64,000 nucleotides of DNA, from assembly GCA_031411035.1 (NCBI GenBank), contig JANOAJ010000069.1, forward strand, positions 16,185 through 80,184, written 5' to 3'. The DNA is from Sphingomonadales bacterium. GTDB lineage: Bacteria; Pseudomonadota; Alphaproteobacteria; Sphingomonadales; Sphingomonadaceae. The first letter of the stretch is position 1; every line of letters begins with the position of its first letter. The translations under genes and the position numbers were made by a program. The notes below the pieces were generated by a model. The model was not told the origin of the DNA, did no database searches, and was given only the letters and a program-made list of their open reading frames with translations. Positions 55,882 to 64,000 of this stretch are shown here, piece after piece.

Positions 55882-56730
55882 ATGTCTGTTATCGTCCCCT
55901 CCGATTCCGCCAGTTTTCGCCAATCCATTGAGGAACGGTTCCCGCAGTTGAGCGACCGGCTGCAACGCGTCGCGCGCCATGTCCTTAACGAGCCCAATGA
56001 TCTTGCCTTCGAAACGCTGGCTGTGGTGGCGCAGCGCTGCGACGTGCAGCCCTCCACAATCGTCCGGTTCGCCCAGGCGTTCGGCTTCGACGGCGCCAGC
56101 CAGATGCAGAAGATGCTGCGGGAAGAGTTGCTGCGGAACAATGAAGCGCTTGGCTATGCCGAACGCGTGCGCCAATTCGGCCATTCGGTGCAGGACGGCG
56201 TTGACAGTCCGCGGCAATTGCTTTCGGAATTTGCCGAAGGCAACATCCTTGCCCTGCAGAATCTCAACCACGCCATCAGCGCACAATCACTGACCCAGGC
56301 CACCGAGCTTTTGTCCGAAGCCGCCACTGTTTTCGTCGTCGGCTTCCGCCGTTCATTTCCGGTTGCCGTGTATCTGACATACCTGCTGGCCCAGGCGGGC
56401 AAGCGCACCACGCTTATCGACGGCATCGCCGGCCTTCAGGCGCAGCAGATGCGCGGCATGGAAAAGCGCGACGTTCTGGTGGCGATCAGCTTTTCACCCT
56501 ACAGCCCTGAAACGACACAAGCCGTGAATGATGCGGTCAGCCAGGGCTTGCCGATCATCGCGATCAGCGACAGCGTGATCAGTCCGATCGCGCAACTGGC
56601 GGGGCTGGTGCTGCAAGTCCGGGAAACAGAAATACGGGGCTTCCGGTCGCTTTCCGCATCCATGTGTCTGGTGCAGGCGCTGGCGATTGCCTTCGCCACG
56701 AAAGTCACCGACGGAACGCCTGTCGCCTGA
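55882..56730 (+). CDS. iolR: RpiR-family regulator, probable IolR
   Basis: VQPSTIVRFAQAFGFDG HTH plus SIS domain (GFRRSFPVA, ISFSPYS); adjacent to iol genes. Confidence 0.8.
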   Translation: MSVIVPSDSASFRQSIEERFPQLSDRLQRVARHVLNEPNDLAFETLAVVAQRCDVQPSTIVRFAQAFGFDGASQMQKMLREELLRNNEALGYAERVRQFGHSVQDGVDSPRQLLSEFAEGNILALQNLNHAISAQSLTQATELLSEAATVFVVGFRRSFPVAVYLTYLLAQAGKRTTLIDGIAGLQAQQMRGMEKRDVLVAISFSPYSPETTQAVNDAVSQGLPIIAISDSVISPIAQLAGLVLQVRETEIRGFRSLSASMCLVQALAIAFATKVTDGTPVA

Positions 56731-56742
56731 TGCCTTACCGGC

Positions 56743-58014
56743 TCAGATCCGGTGCGGATCTGCACGCAGCTTAACCCAAAACGCAGATAAGCCGCCAATC
56801 AGGGCGAGCACGCCTCCAACCATGAAAAGCAAGGGAAAGCTGCCATATTCGATAATGACGCCGGCAATGGCCGGTGCCAGGACCGTGGGGCCCGAAGACG
56901 CGACGCCCATCAGCCCCATATCGCGCCCGGCGGTCTCGGCCGAAGGCAGGACGAGAGAAGCGAGCTTCAGATCAACGGCGAAATAGATGCCAAAGGTCAG
57001 CCCAAGGCCAATGGCGTACAGGATCATTGCCAGCCAGCTATTCGATACCGCCGGGATCAGCAGCACGGCCCCGATCGCGATCGACGTATAGCCGACAATT
57101 GTGGGGGTATGGCCGATGCGGTCGGACAGGATCCCGGTCAGCGGCGTGATGACCAGCCAGGCGACGGTGATAACGCTCAAGGTGATGCTGATGGCCCCAG
57201 CCACACTGCCACCGGGCAGGTTGGCCGTGCCGACATAATCCTGCAGCACGTAGAAGGTGTAGCCGCTGACGGTAAAATAGGACAGGAACAGGACGAACCT
57301 GGAAATGAATGTCAGCCGGAAATCGGCGTTGGCGAAGGCACTGAAAAACGCGGTCCTTGCGGCCGGCCTGGCCGCCGATGTTGCGGTTTCGCTTTCCAGT
57401 GAGGATGATTCCCGGTCACAAAGGATCAATGCGGCCGTCGCCAGAACATGCGGGATGGTAAGGGCCGCATAGCCAATGAACGGGGTGGGCGCGAAAGCCG
57501 CAACGTTGACGCCGATCAGGATCCCGATCGGCACGCCAAGCGCAATCGCGGCCGAAGCGAAACCGCGCTGTTCGTCGGCGATGCGATCCGGAAGAATCGC
57601 GGTCATGACGGTCTGATAAAAATTGGCGCTGAACCACAGCAGCGGCATAAAGAGCATCAACTGCCAAAGTGCCGAGGCGCTGCCAAGGAGGAGCGTCAGC
57701 GTGATTGACAGCCCGCACGACACGGCCAGCCACGGCGTGCGCTTGCCAAAGCGGCTGCGCGTCCGATCAGAAATGGCGCCCCCGGAGAGCAATGCAGCAA
57801 GCGTCGTGATTGCCGCAAGCGTCGAAAGGATGGCGAGCGTGGATACTTTTGTCTCCGGCGCAAACTGCTGAACCATTGCGGGGATCAGAATGTTCTGGAT
57901 ACCCTGGAATAGCGCAATGAGAGACGCATAGGCAGCAAACAGAAGAGCCGGCAACCGTCGTGACGGACGCTCGCCGACGTGCAGGTCGGCCATCGGGATT
58001 GCTTGTTCGATCAT
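56743..58014 (-). CDS. MFS transporter (sugar/cyclitol-like)
   Basis: About 12 hydrophobic segments; GAISDRTRSRFGKRTPW motif A; GILSDRIG. Confidence 0.9.
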   Translation of the reverse strand: MIEQAIPMADLHVGERPSRRLPALLFAAYASLIALFQGIQNILIPAMVQQFAPETKVSTLAILSTLAAITTLAALLSGGAISDRTRSRFGKRTPWLAVSCGLSITLTLLLGSASALWQLMLFMPLLWFSANFYQTVMTAILPDRIADEQRGFASAAIALGVPIGILIGVNVAAFAPTPFIGYAALTIPHVLATAALILCDRESSSLESETATSAARPAARTAFFSAFANADFRLTFISRFVLFLSYFTVSGYTFYVLQDYVGTANLPGGSVAGAISITLSVITVAWLVITPLTGILSDRIGHTPTIVGYTSIAIGAVLLIPAVSNSWLAMILYAIGLGLTFGIYFAVDLKLASLVLPSAETAGRDMGLMGVASSGPTVLAPAIAGVIIEYGSFPLLFMVGGVLALIGGLSAFWVKLRADPHRI

Positions 58015-58095
58015 GTGGCACCTTCTCTGCGCCCGTGGCGATTCCATAGTGAGCCAGCATCGGGACAAAAGCATTAGCTCCGCAAATTTGCTATT

Positions 58096-58139
58096 GCAAC
58101 ATACATTCTATATATATATATAATGCAATATATATTCCA
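58096..58139. promoter_or_regulatory. Two putative IolR boxes flanking a (TA)7 tract
   Basis: GCAACATACATTCTA (58096) and GCAATATATATTCCA (58125), similar to the Caulobacter IolR motif GGAANATNCGTTCCA. Confidence 0.5.
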
Positions 58140-58247
58140 CAATGCGCTTCTCGCCGCGAGGGCAAGCACCGCAGGATCAGGCGAATCCACAGGGACAAGC
58201 GGATCGGGTGAGAACGCCCGGCCGACAGACACAAGGGAGAGGTCATC

Positions 58248-58572
58248 ATGAGGATTTCTGATCTGCATCAGCGTTTTTGCCCTGAACCGTTCTGCCCGTT
58301 GGCATCACCGGGCTCCGCTGAATTTCACCAGGAACGCCAACCCGCTCTCCTGGCTGGGCGCCGTCAATATGTTTGAGGGATCAATCGGCACAACGATCAA
58401 CGATCGCTTTCGCATTTCCTTGTTCTGCAAGTATTGCACCGATAAGCGCATTCCGATCTTCACCGGATCGGACAACATCGGCTCCGCGTTGTTCGGCCTC
58501 AATTCCTCGACGCAGACCTGGGGGTATAATTCGGTCCGGACCTTCGGCGTACGTGCATCGGCAGCGTTTTGA
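58248..58572 (+). pseudogene. Collapsed TonB-dependent receptor remnant
   Basis: RBS and ATG at 58248; +1 frame reads LICISVFAL then RWHHRAPLNFTRNANPLSWLGAVNMFEGSIG...RISLFCKYCTDKR...YNSVRTFGVRASAAF*, a typical TBDR last-strand C-terminus ending in Phe. Confidence 0.78.
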
Positions 58573-58606
58573 CCGGCGTGGCCATCAAGCAGGGAGGAGG
58601 GAAAGC

Positions 58607-60541
58607 GTGACGGAATTGACTCAGGATGCCACGCTCCTCGATCTGATTGCGATTGGTCGTTCAAGCGTCGATCTCTATGGCGAACAGATCGGCGGGCGGC
58701 TGGAGGATATGGCATCCTTCGCCAAATATGTCGGTGGCAGCCCCACCAATACCGCGATCGGCGCCGTGCGGCTGGGATTGCGTGCCGGGTTGCTGACGCG
58801 TGTCGGCGCGGATCATATGGGCCGGTTCATTCGCGAACAACTGACGCGCGAAGGCGTAGAGACGACGGGGGTGCTGACTGATCCGGAGCGGCTGACCGCG
58901 CTGGTGGTTCTGGGCATCCGTGATGCGGACAGTTTTCCGCTGATCTTCTATCGCGAGAATTGCGCCGACATGGCGCTCTGCGAAGCAGATATCGACCCGG
59001 CCTTCATCGCGCGTGCCGGAGCGTTGCTGATCAACGGAACCCATCTTTCACGCCCGGATGTGTTTGCGGCCAGCATGAAGGCCGCCGCGCAGATGAAGGC
59101 GCAGGGCGGCAAGGTGGTGTTCGATATCGATTACCGCCCGGTGCTGTGGGGCCTTGCCGCCAAGGAGAATGGCGAGGACCGTTTCGTCGAAAGTGCTGCG
59201 GTAACGGCCGAACTCCAGCGCGTGTTGCCCTTGTGCGACCTGATTGTGGGCACAGAAGAGGAAATGCACATTCTGGGCGGCAGCACCAGCACCATCGCGG
59301 CCTTGCGCGCCATCCGGCGAGTCAGCCAAGCCGTGCTGGTGTGCAAGCGGGGCCCGAAGGGGTGCGCTGCCTTTCCCGGCACGCTGCCTGACAGTCTTGA
59401 CGATGGCATAGTCGGTCGCGGCTTTCCCATCGAGGTTTTCAACGTGCTGGGCGCGGGAGACGCCTTCATGGCCGGATTGCTGCGCGGATGGCTGCGCGGT
59501 GAATCCATCGAACGGTGCTGCACGCTGGCCAATGCGTGCGGTGCGATTGTCGTATCGCGGCACGGCTGCGCGCCCGCTGCGCCGACCTGGGACGAGCTGG
59601 ACCTGTTCCTTTCGCGCGATGACTGGCCTTATCGGTTGCGCGAAAGCCGTGAACTGGAACAGATGCACTGGTCGGCTAACCGGCATCCCGATTATCCCGA
59701 ACTGACGGTGCTGGCGATCGACCATCGCAGCCAGTTCGACGAACTTGTCGCAAAGCTGGGCACCGGCAATCCCGAAAGGGTGCCGCAATTCAAGAATCTG
59801 GCGCTGCGGGCGCTGGATCGCGTGGCGGGCGGCGACCCCGGCTTCGGCCTGCTCGCGGACGGCCGCTTCGGGATGCGCGTGCTGGAAGCGGCGGCCGACA
59901 CCGGGTACTGGATCGGTCGGCCAATCGAGGTGCCGGGATCGCGCCCGATAGAGTTCGAAGGCGGTGCCGACGTGACATCGACGCTGGCAAGCTGGCCCGG
60001 CAATCATGTTGTCAAATGCCTCATCTTCTATCATCCCGACGACGATGCGGAATTGCGCGCCCGGCAGGACCGGCAGATCGTGCGCCTCGCTTCGGCAGCG
60101 CGCGAAACACGCCACGAATTGCTGCTGGAGATTATTGCGTCCCGGCACGGCGAGGTGGGCCCGCACACCATCGCGGGGATCATTGACCACTTGTACGATC
60201 TGGGCGTCTATCCCGATTGGTGGAAGCTGGAGCCGGCTGCCGACGCTGTGGCCTGGGCTGCCATCGCGCGCGTGATCCATGCCCGCGATCCGCTGTGTCG
60301 CGGGATACTGCTGCTTGGTCTCGCCACGCCACCCCATGAATTGCTGGCTAGTTTCGCCGCAACGGCCGATATCCCGATCGTGAAAGGATTCGCGGTGGGA
60401 CGCACGATCTGGAACGAACCGGCCGAGCGCTGGCTGGCGGGCGAAATCAGTGACGACGACGCTGTGGACAGGCTCGCCGCCAATTTCCAGGCGCTGGTGA
60501 ACGGATGGCGCATCGCGCGGGCGCGCAGAGCCGCACCGTGA
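58607..60541 (+). CDS. iolC: 5-dehydro-2-deoxygluconokinase IolC (PfkB plus DUF2090)
   Basis: IGRSSVDLYGEQIGGRLEDMASFAKYVGGSPTN, NVLGAGDAF, PDWWKLEP, GFAVGRTI; GTG start after GGAGG. Confidence 0.96.
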   Translation: MTELTQDATLLDLIAIGRSSVDLYGEQIGGRLEDMASFAKYVGGSPTNTAIGAVRLGLRAGLLTRVGADHMGRFIREQLTREGVETTGVLTDPERLTALVVLGIRDADSFPLIFYRENCADMALCEADIDPAFIARAGALLINGTHLSRPDVFAASMKAAAQMKAQGGKVVFDIDYRPVLWGLAAKENGEDRFVESAAVTAELQRVLPLCDLIVGTEEEMHILGGSTSTIAALRAIRRVSQAVLVCKRGPKGCAAFPGTLPDSLDDGIVGRGFPIEVFNVLGAGDAFMAGLLRGWLRGESIERCCTLANACGAIVVSRHGCAPAAPTWDELDLFLSRDDWPYRLRESRELEQMHWSANRHPDYPELTVLAIDHRSQFDELVAKLGTGNPERVPQFKNLALRALDRVAGGDPGFGLLADGRFGMRVLEAAADTGYWIGRPIEVPGSRPIEFEGGADVTSTLASWPGNHVVKCLIFYHPDDDAELRARQDRQIVRLASAARETRHELLLEIIASRHGEVGPHTIAGIIDHLYDLGVYPDWWKLEPAADAVAWAAIARVIHARDPLCRGILLLGLATPPHELLASFAATADIPIVKGFAVGRTIWNEPAERWLAGEISDDDAVDRLAANFQALVNGWRIARARRAAP

Positions 60542-62367
60542 CAAAAAGCCGACTGACCATGGCGCAAGCGCTCGTCCGCTGGATGATGGCGCAGCATGTT
60601 GCGCATGAGCGTGGCACCGTGCCGTATTTCGCCGGGGTATGGGCGATCTTCGGCCACGGCAACGTCGCCGGACTCGGCGAGGCGCTGGCCGCTTCGGCCG
60701 ATGCCCTGCCCACCTACCGTGCGCATAACGAGCAGGGCATGGCGCACGCCGCGATTGCTTTTGCCAAGGCGAACCGGCGCGCGCGTGCGATGGCCTGCAC
60801 CTCGTCAATCGGCCCCGGGGCAACAAACATGGTGACTGCCGCTGCGCTCGCTCATGTCAATCGCTTGCCGGTGCTGTTCCTGCCCGGTGACGTCTATGCC
60901 TGCCGCAGGCCTGATCCGGTGCTGCAGCAGATTGAGGATTTCGCCGACGCGACCGTCAGCGCGAACGACTGTTTCAAGCCGGTCAGCCGCTATTTCGATC
61001 GCATCACGCGGCCCGAACAATTGCTCGACGCATGCCCGCGCGCGATGTCTGTGCTGACCGATCCCGCCTTGTGCGGCCCCGTGACGCTGGCGCTGTGCCA
61101 GGACGTGCAAGCCGAGGCATTCGACTATCCCGACGCCTTCTTCGCGCCGCGCATATGGCACATGCGCCGCGCGCGTCCGGACCAGCGGGAACTGGCAGCC
61201 CTTGCCGATGCCGTCCGGGTGGCGAAACGCCCATTGATTATCGCTGGCGGCGGGGTGCTTTATGCGCGTGCGGAAGGCGCGCTGGCGGCGTTTGCCAGCG
61301 CAACCGGCATCCCCGTTGCCGAAACCCAGGCCGGCAAAGGCGCGCTGGCATGGGATCATCCGCAAGCGGTCGGCGCGATTGGCGTCACCGGAACCAGCGC
61401 CGCCAATTCTGCCGCGGGAGAGGCTGATCTGGTCATTGGCATCGGCACGCGGCTGCAGGATTTCACGACCGGTTCGCGCGCGTTGATCAAAGGACGTCTG
61501 TTCCAGGTGAATGCTGCGCCGGGTGATGCATCCAAACACGGCGCGACGCCTGTGGTGGGTGATGCCGGCGCTGTGATCGGGGATTTGCGTGACGCCCTGT
61601 CAGGATGGCGCGTGCCCAAGACATGGGCCGACACTCTGGCTGACCAGATAGAGGTTTGGAACGACAGTTTCGACGCTGCCACCGCTTCGAGCGATGCCCT
61701 CCCTTCGGACGCGCAAGTCATCGGCGCGGTATGGCGGCAGGCGCGCGACACTGCGGTTGTCGTTTGCGCGGCAGGCGGGCTGCCTGGCGAACTCCACAAA
61801 TTGTGGCGCACCAAAACGCCCGGCGGATACCACGCGGAATATGGATTCTCCTGCATGGGCTACGAAATTGCCGGCGGGCTGGGTGTAAAGATGGCGCAGC
61901 CGGATCGCGATGTGATCGTGATGGTGGGCGATGGAAGCTATCTGATGCTCAATTCCGAACTCGCGACGTCCGTGATGCTCGGGCAGAAGATCACTGTCGT
62001 CCTTCTCGACAATCGCGGATTTGCCTGCATCAACCGTCTGCAGCAGGCAACCGGCGGACGCCCGTTCAACAATCTGCTTGCCGATGCGCGGCATGTGACG
62101 CTGCCGGATATCGATTTCGTCCAGCACGCGCGCAGCCTTGGCGCGGGTGCCGAAAAGGTCGTCGGCATTCCCGCGCTGGAGGCCGCGCTCGGCCGTGCCG
62201 CGGCCAGCCCGCAAAGCTATGTCGTGGTGATCGACACCGATCCGGCCATCGTCACGCAAGCGGGGGGGCATTGGTGGGACGTTGCCGTGCCCGAGGTTTC
62301 CGGCCGCGCCGAAGTAAGAGCAGCGCGGGCAGCCTATGACGGTATCTTGCGCGGAGACAGGGCATGA
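60538..62367 (+). CDS. iolD: THcHDO hydrolase IolD
   Basis: RLTMAQAL, IFGHGNVAGLGEAL, HNEQGMAH, YHAEYGFSCMGYE, VGDGSYLM. Confidence 0.97.
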   Translation: MTKSRLTMAQALVRWMMAQHVAHERGTVPYFAGVWAIFGHGNVAGLGEALAASADALPTYRAHNEQGMAHAAIAFAKANRRARAMACTSSIGPGATNMVTAAALAHVNRLPVLFLPGDVYACRRPDPVLQQIEDFADATVSANDCFKPVSRYFDRITRPEQLLDACPRAMSVLTDPALCGPVTLALCQDVQAEAFDYPDAFFAPRIWHMRRARPDQRELAALADAVRVAKRPLIIAGGGVLYARAEGALAAFASATGIPVAETQAGKGALAWDHPQAVGAIGVTGTSAANSAAGEADLVIGIGTRLQDFTTGSRALIKGRLFQVNAAPGDASKHGATPVVGDAGAVIGDLRDALSGWRVPKTWADTLADQIEVWNDSFDAATASSDALPSDAQVIGAVWRQARDTAVVVCAAGGLPGELHKLWRTKTPGGYHAEYGFSCMGYEIAGGLGVKMAQPDRDVIVMVGDGSYLMLNSELATSVMLGQKITVVLLDNRGFACINRLQQATGGRPFNNLLADARHVTLPDIDFVQHARSLGAGAEKVVGIPALEAALGRAAASPQSYVVVIDTDPAIVTQAGGHWWDVAVPEVSGRAEVRAARAAYDGILRGDRA

Positions 62368-63257
62368 CAATCCGCTGGGGCGTCAGCCCGATCGCCTGGA
62401 CAAATGACGACATGCCGGAGCTTGGCGGCGATACCACGCTGGACCAGGTGCTGGCCGACGTGCAGGCGATCGGCTTTGACGGGGTGGAACTGGGCAACAA
62501 ATTCCCGCGCGATCCGGCTGTACTCCGCCCCATCATGCAGGGCTATGGCCTGGATATCGTGGGCGGATGGTACAGCTCCCACCTGCTTACCCGCACTGCC
62601 GAAGCGGAGATCGCGGCGCTGTCGGCGCATCTCGCCTTGCTGAAGGCGATGGGATCAGGCGTGTTCATTCTCGCCGAGACATCCAACGCGGTTCACGGTG
62701 ATCGCAGCGGACGACTGGACCGGCATCCCGAGATGGACGCGGCGCAATGGCGCGTGTTCGGCCAGCGCCTTGATGCGGTTGCCGCCCATATCAACGGTCA
62801 GGGGTTGCGCTTCGCCTATCACCACCATCTTGGCACGGTGGTCGAGACTGAGGGAGAATTGCAGCACTTCTTCGACGCGACCGGCGATCATGTCGGGCTC
62901 GTCCTTGATACGGGTCACGCGCTCTATGGCGGTATCGATCCGGTTGCGGTGATCCGCACGCACCCGGAGCGGATAAGCCATGTCCATTGCAAGGACATCC
63001 GCCGCGCACGCCATGCCGGTTTCCTTGCGAGCGGGGCAAGCTTTCTCGATGGCGTTGTCGGCGGCATGTTCACAACCCCGGGCGACGGCGATTATGATTA
63101 TGCCCCTTTCATGCAGGCCCTGGCCGATATCGGCTATTCCGGCTGGATCGTGATCGAGGCCGAACAGGATCCTGCCATTGCCGATCCGCGCACATATAGC
63201 CAGATCGGCCTCGACACGCTCAAACGGCTTGCGCGCGAGACGGAGCTTGTCGCGTGA
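62364..63257 (+). CDS. iolE: Myo-inosose-2 dehydratase IolE
   Basis: PIAWTNDDMPELGG, YHHHLGT, DTGH, HVHCKD, VIEAEQDP. Confidence 0.97.
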   Translation: MTIRWGVSPIAWTNDDMPELGGDTTLDQVLADVQAIGFDGVELGNKFPRDPAVLRPIMQGYGLDIVGGWYSSHLLTRTAEAEIAALSAHLALLKAMGSGVFILAETSNAVHGDRSGRLDRHPEMDAAQWRVFGQRLDAVAAHINGQGLRFAYHHHLGTVVETEGELQHFFDATGDHVGLVLDTGHALYGGIDPVAVIRTHPERISHVHCKDIRRARHAGFLASGASFLDGVVGGMFTTPGDGDYDYAPFMQALADIGYSGWIVIEAEQDPAIADPRTYSQIGLDTLKRLARETELVA

Positions 63258-64000
63258 CTCTGCTGATCCACCCGCACGCGCCGGACGCCAACGGCGTTGC
63301 GATTGACGTGACGCCCGAAAGTGCCGGGTGGCGCTATGTTGGCTTCCGCATCGTCCATTTGCGGGCAGGACAGACGCATCAGGGCCTCGAACAAGGCAGG
63401 GAGGCCTGTATCGTCATCCTGTCCGGCAGCATCACGCTTGCTGCCGGGAACGCGCGCTTCGAAGCGCTGGGTGCCCGCGCAAGCGTTTTCGAAGGCTTGC
63501 CGACATCGCTCTATCTCCCCGCCTCGATGCCCTATGTCGTTACGGCGCTGAGCGGCGCGGAGATTGCCATTTGCACCGCGCCGGGATCGGGACGGGGCAT
63601 ACCGCGCCTCATCAGACCCGATCAGGTTGGTGAGGAGACACGCGGGACGGGCAGCAACACACGCTACGTCCGCAATATCCTGGATGACCGGGCGGACGCG
63701 GAAAGTCTGCTCGTGGTCGAAGTGATCACGCCCGGGGGCAACTGGTCAAGCTACCCCCCGCACAAGCATGAGGCGGACAATTATCCGCACGAGACGCTTC
63801 TTGAGGAAACCTATTATCACCGCCTTTCGCCCGCACAGGGCTTTGCTTTCCAGCGCGTCTATACCGATGATCGCTCAATCGACGAAAGCATGGCCGTCAG
63901 CGATGGCGACGTGGTGATGGTGCCGCGCGGGTATCACCCGGTATCCGCCCCCCATGGCTATGATCTCTATTATCTCAACGTGATGGCGGGTCCGCGGCGC
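63254..64000 (+). CDS. iolB: 5-deoxy-glucuronate isomerase IolB (runs off the window's right edge)
   Basis: Hand translation from GTG 63254: MTLLIHP...VTPESAGWRYVGF...RGTGSNTRYVRNIL...GNWSSYPPHKHE...LEETYYHR...VPRGYHPV. Confidence 0.95.
   Translation, partial: MTLLIHPHAPDANGVAIDVTPESAGWRYVGFRIVHLRAGQTHQGLEQGREACIVILSGSITLAAGNARFEALGARASVFEGLPTSLYLPASMPYVVTALSGAEIAICTAPGSGRGIPRLIRPDQVGEETRGTGSNTRYVRNILDDRADAESLLVVEVITPGGNWSSYPPHKHEADNYPHETLLEETYYHRLSPAQGFAFQRVYTDDRSIDESMAVSDGDVVMVPRGYHPVSAPHGYDLYYLNVMAGPRR

Noticed and set aside
58373-58606. Apparent 78-aa N-terminal extension of IolC
   Set aside because: Overlaps the TBDR remnant in another frame; a strong GGAGG RBS precedes GTG 58607
1-64000. 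rRNA, tRNA, IS/transposase, integrase, prophage or defence genes
   Set aside because: None recognised in the ORF track or the intergenic regions by eye; tRNAscan, Infernal and ISEScan runs would be needed to exclude them formally

Overview
High-GC bacterial chromosomal window, most likely Sphingomonadaceae (inferred from gene content and protein style; no database search was possible). 1-30.8 kb is a flagellar cluster: flgN(partial)-flgM-flgA / flgBCDEFGHIJKL-motAB-fleQ / fliEFGHIJKLMNOPQR-flhB-fliDS / fliC. It carries three near-perfect sigma54 promoters and seven sigma28-type promoters, and embeds a DgcB-like diguanylate cyclase and a GAF-GGDEF-EAL gene. motA is broken by a single in-frame TAA at 9289-9291. 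31-32.8 kb holds a winged-helix regulator, two PilZ genes and a candidate sigma28-driven SuhB-like sRNA. 33-43 kb is a LysR-linked operon (amidohydrolase, MhpA-like monooxygenase, extradiol dioxygenase, FAH hydrolase, TonB receptor, esterase, Tat-exported GH1) that looks like an uncharacterised aryl-glycoside uptake and catabolism system. Next come a DUF2126 transglutaminase, katE with an EcfG promoter divergent from a candidate C-rich stress sRNA, a TetR-linked acyl-CoA/SCP2-thiolase/MaoC/SDR operon, and a myo-inositol locus (iolR, MFS, a collapsed TonB-receptor remnant, iolC, iolD, iolE, partial iolB). No rRNA, tRNA, CRISPR array or IS element was recognised.
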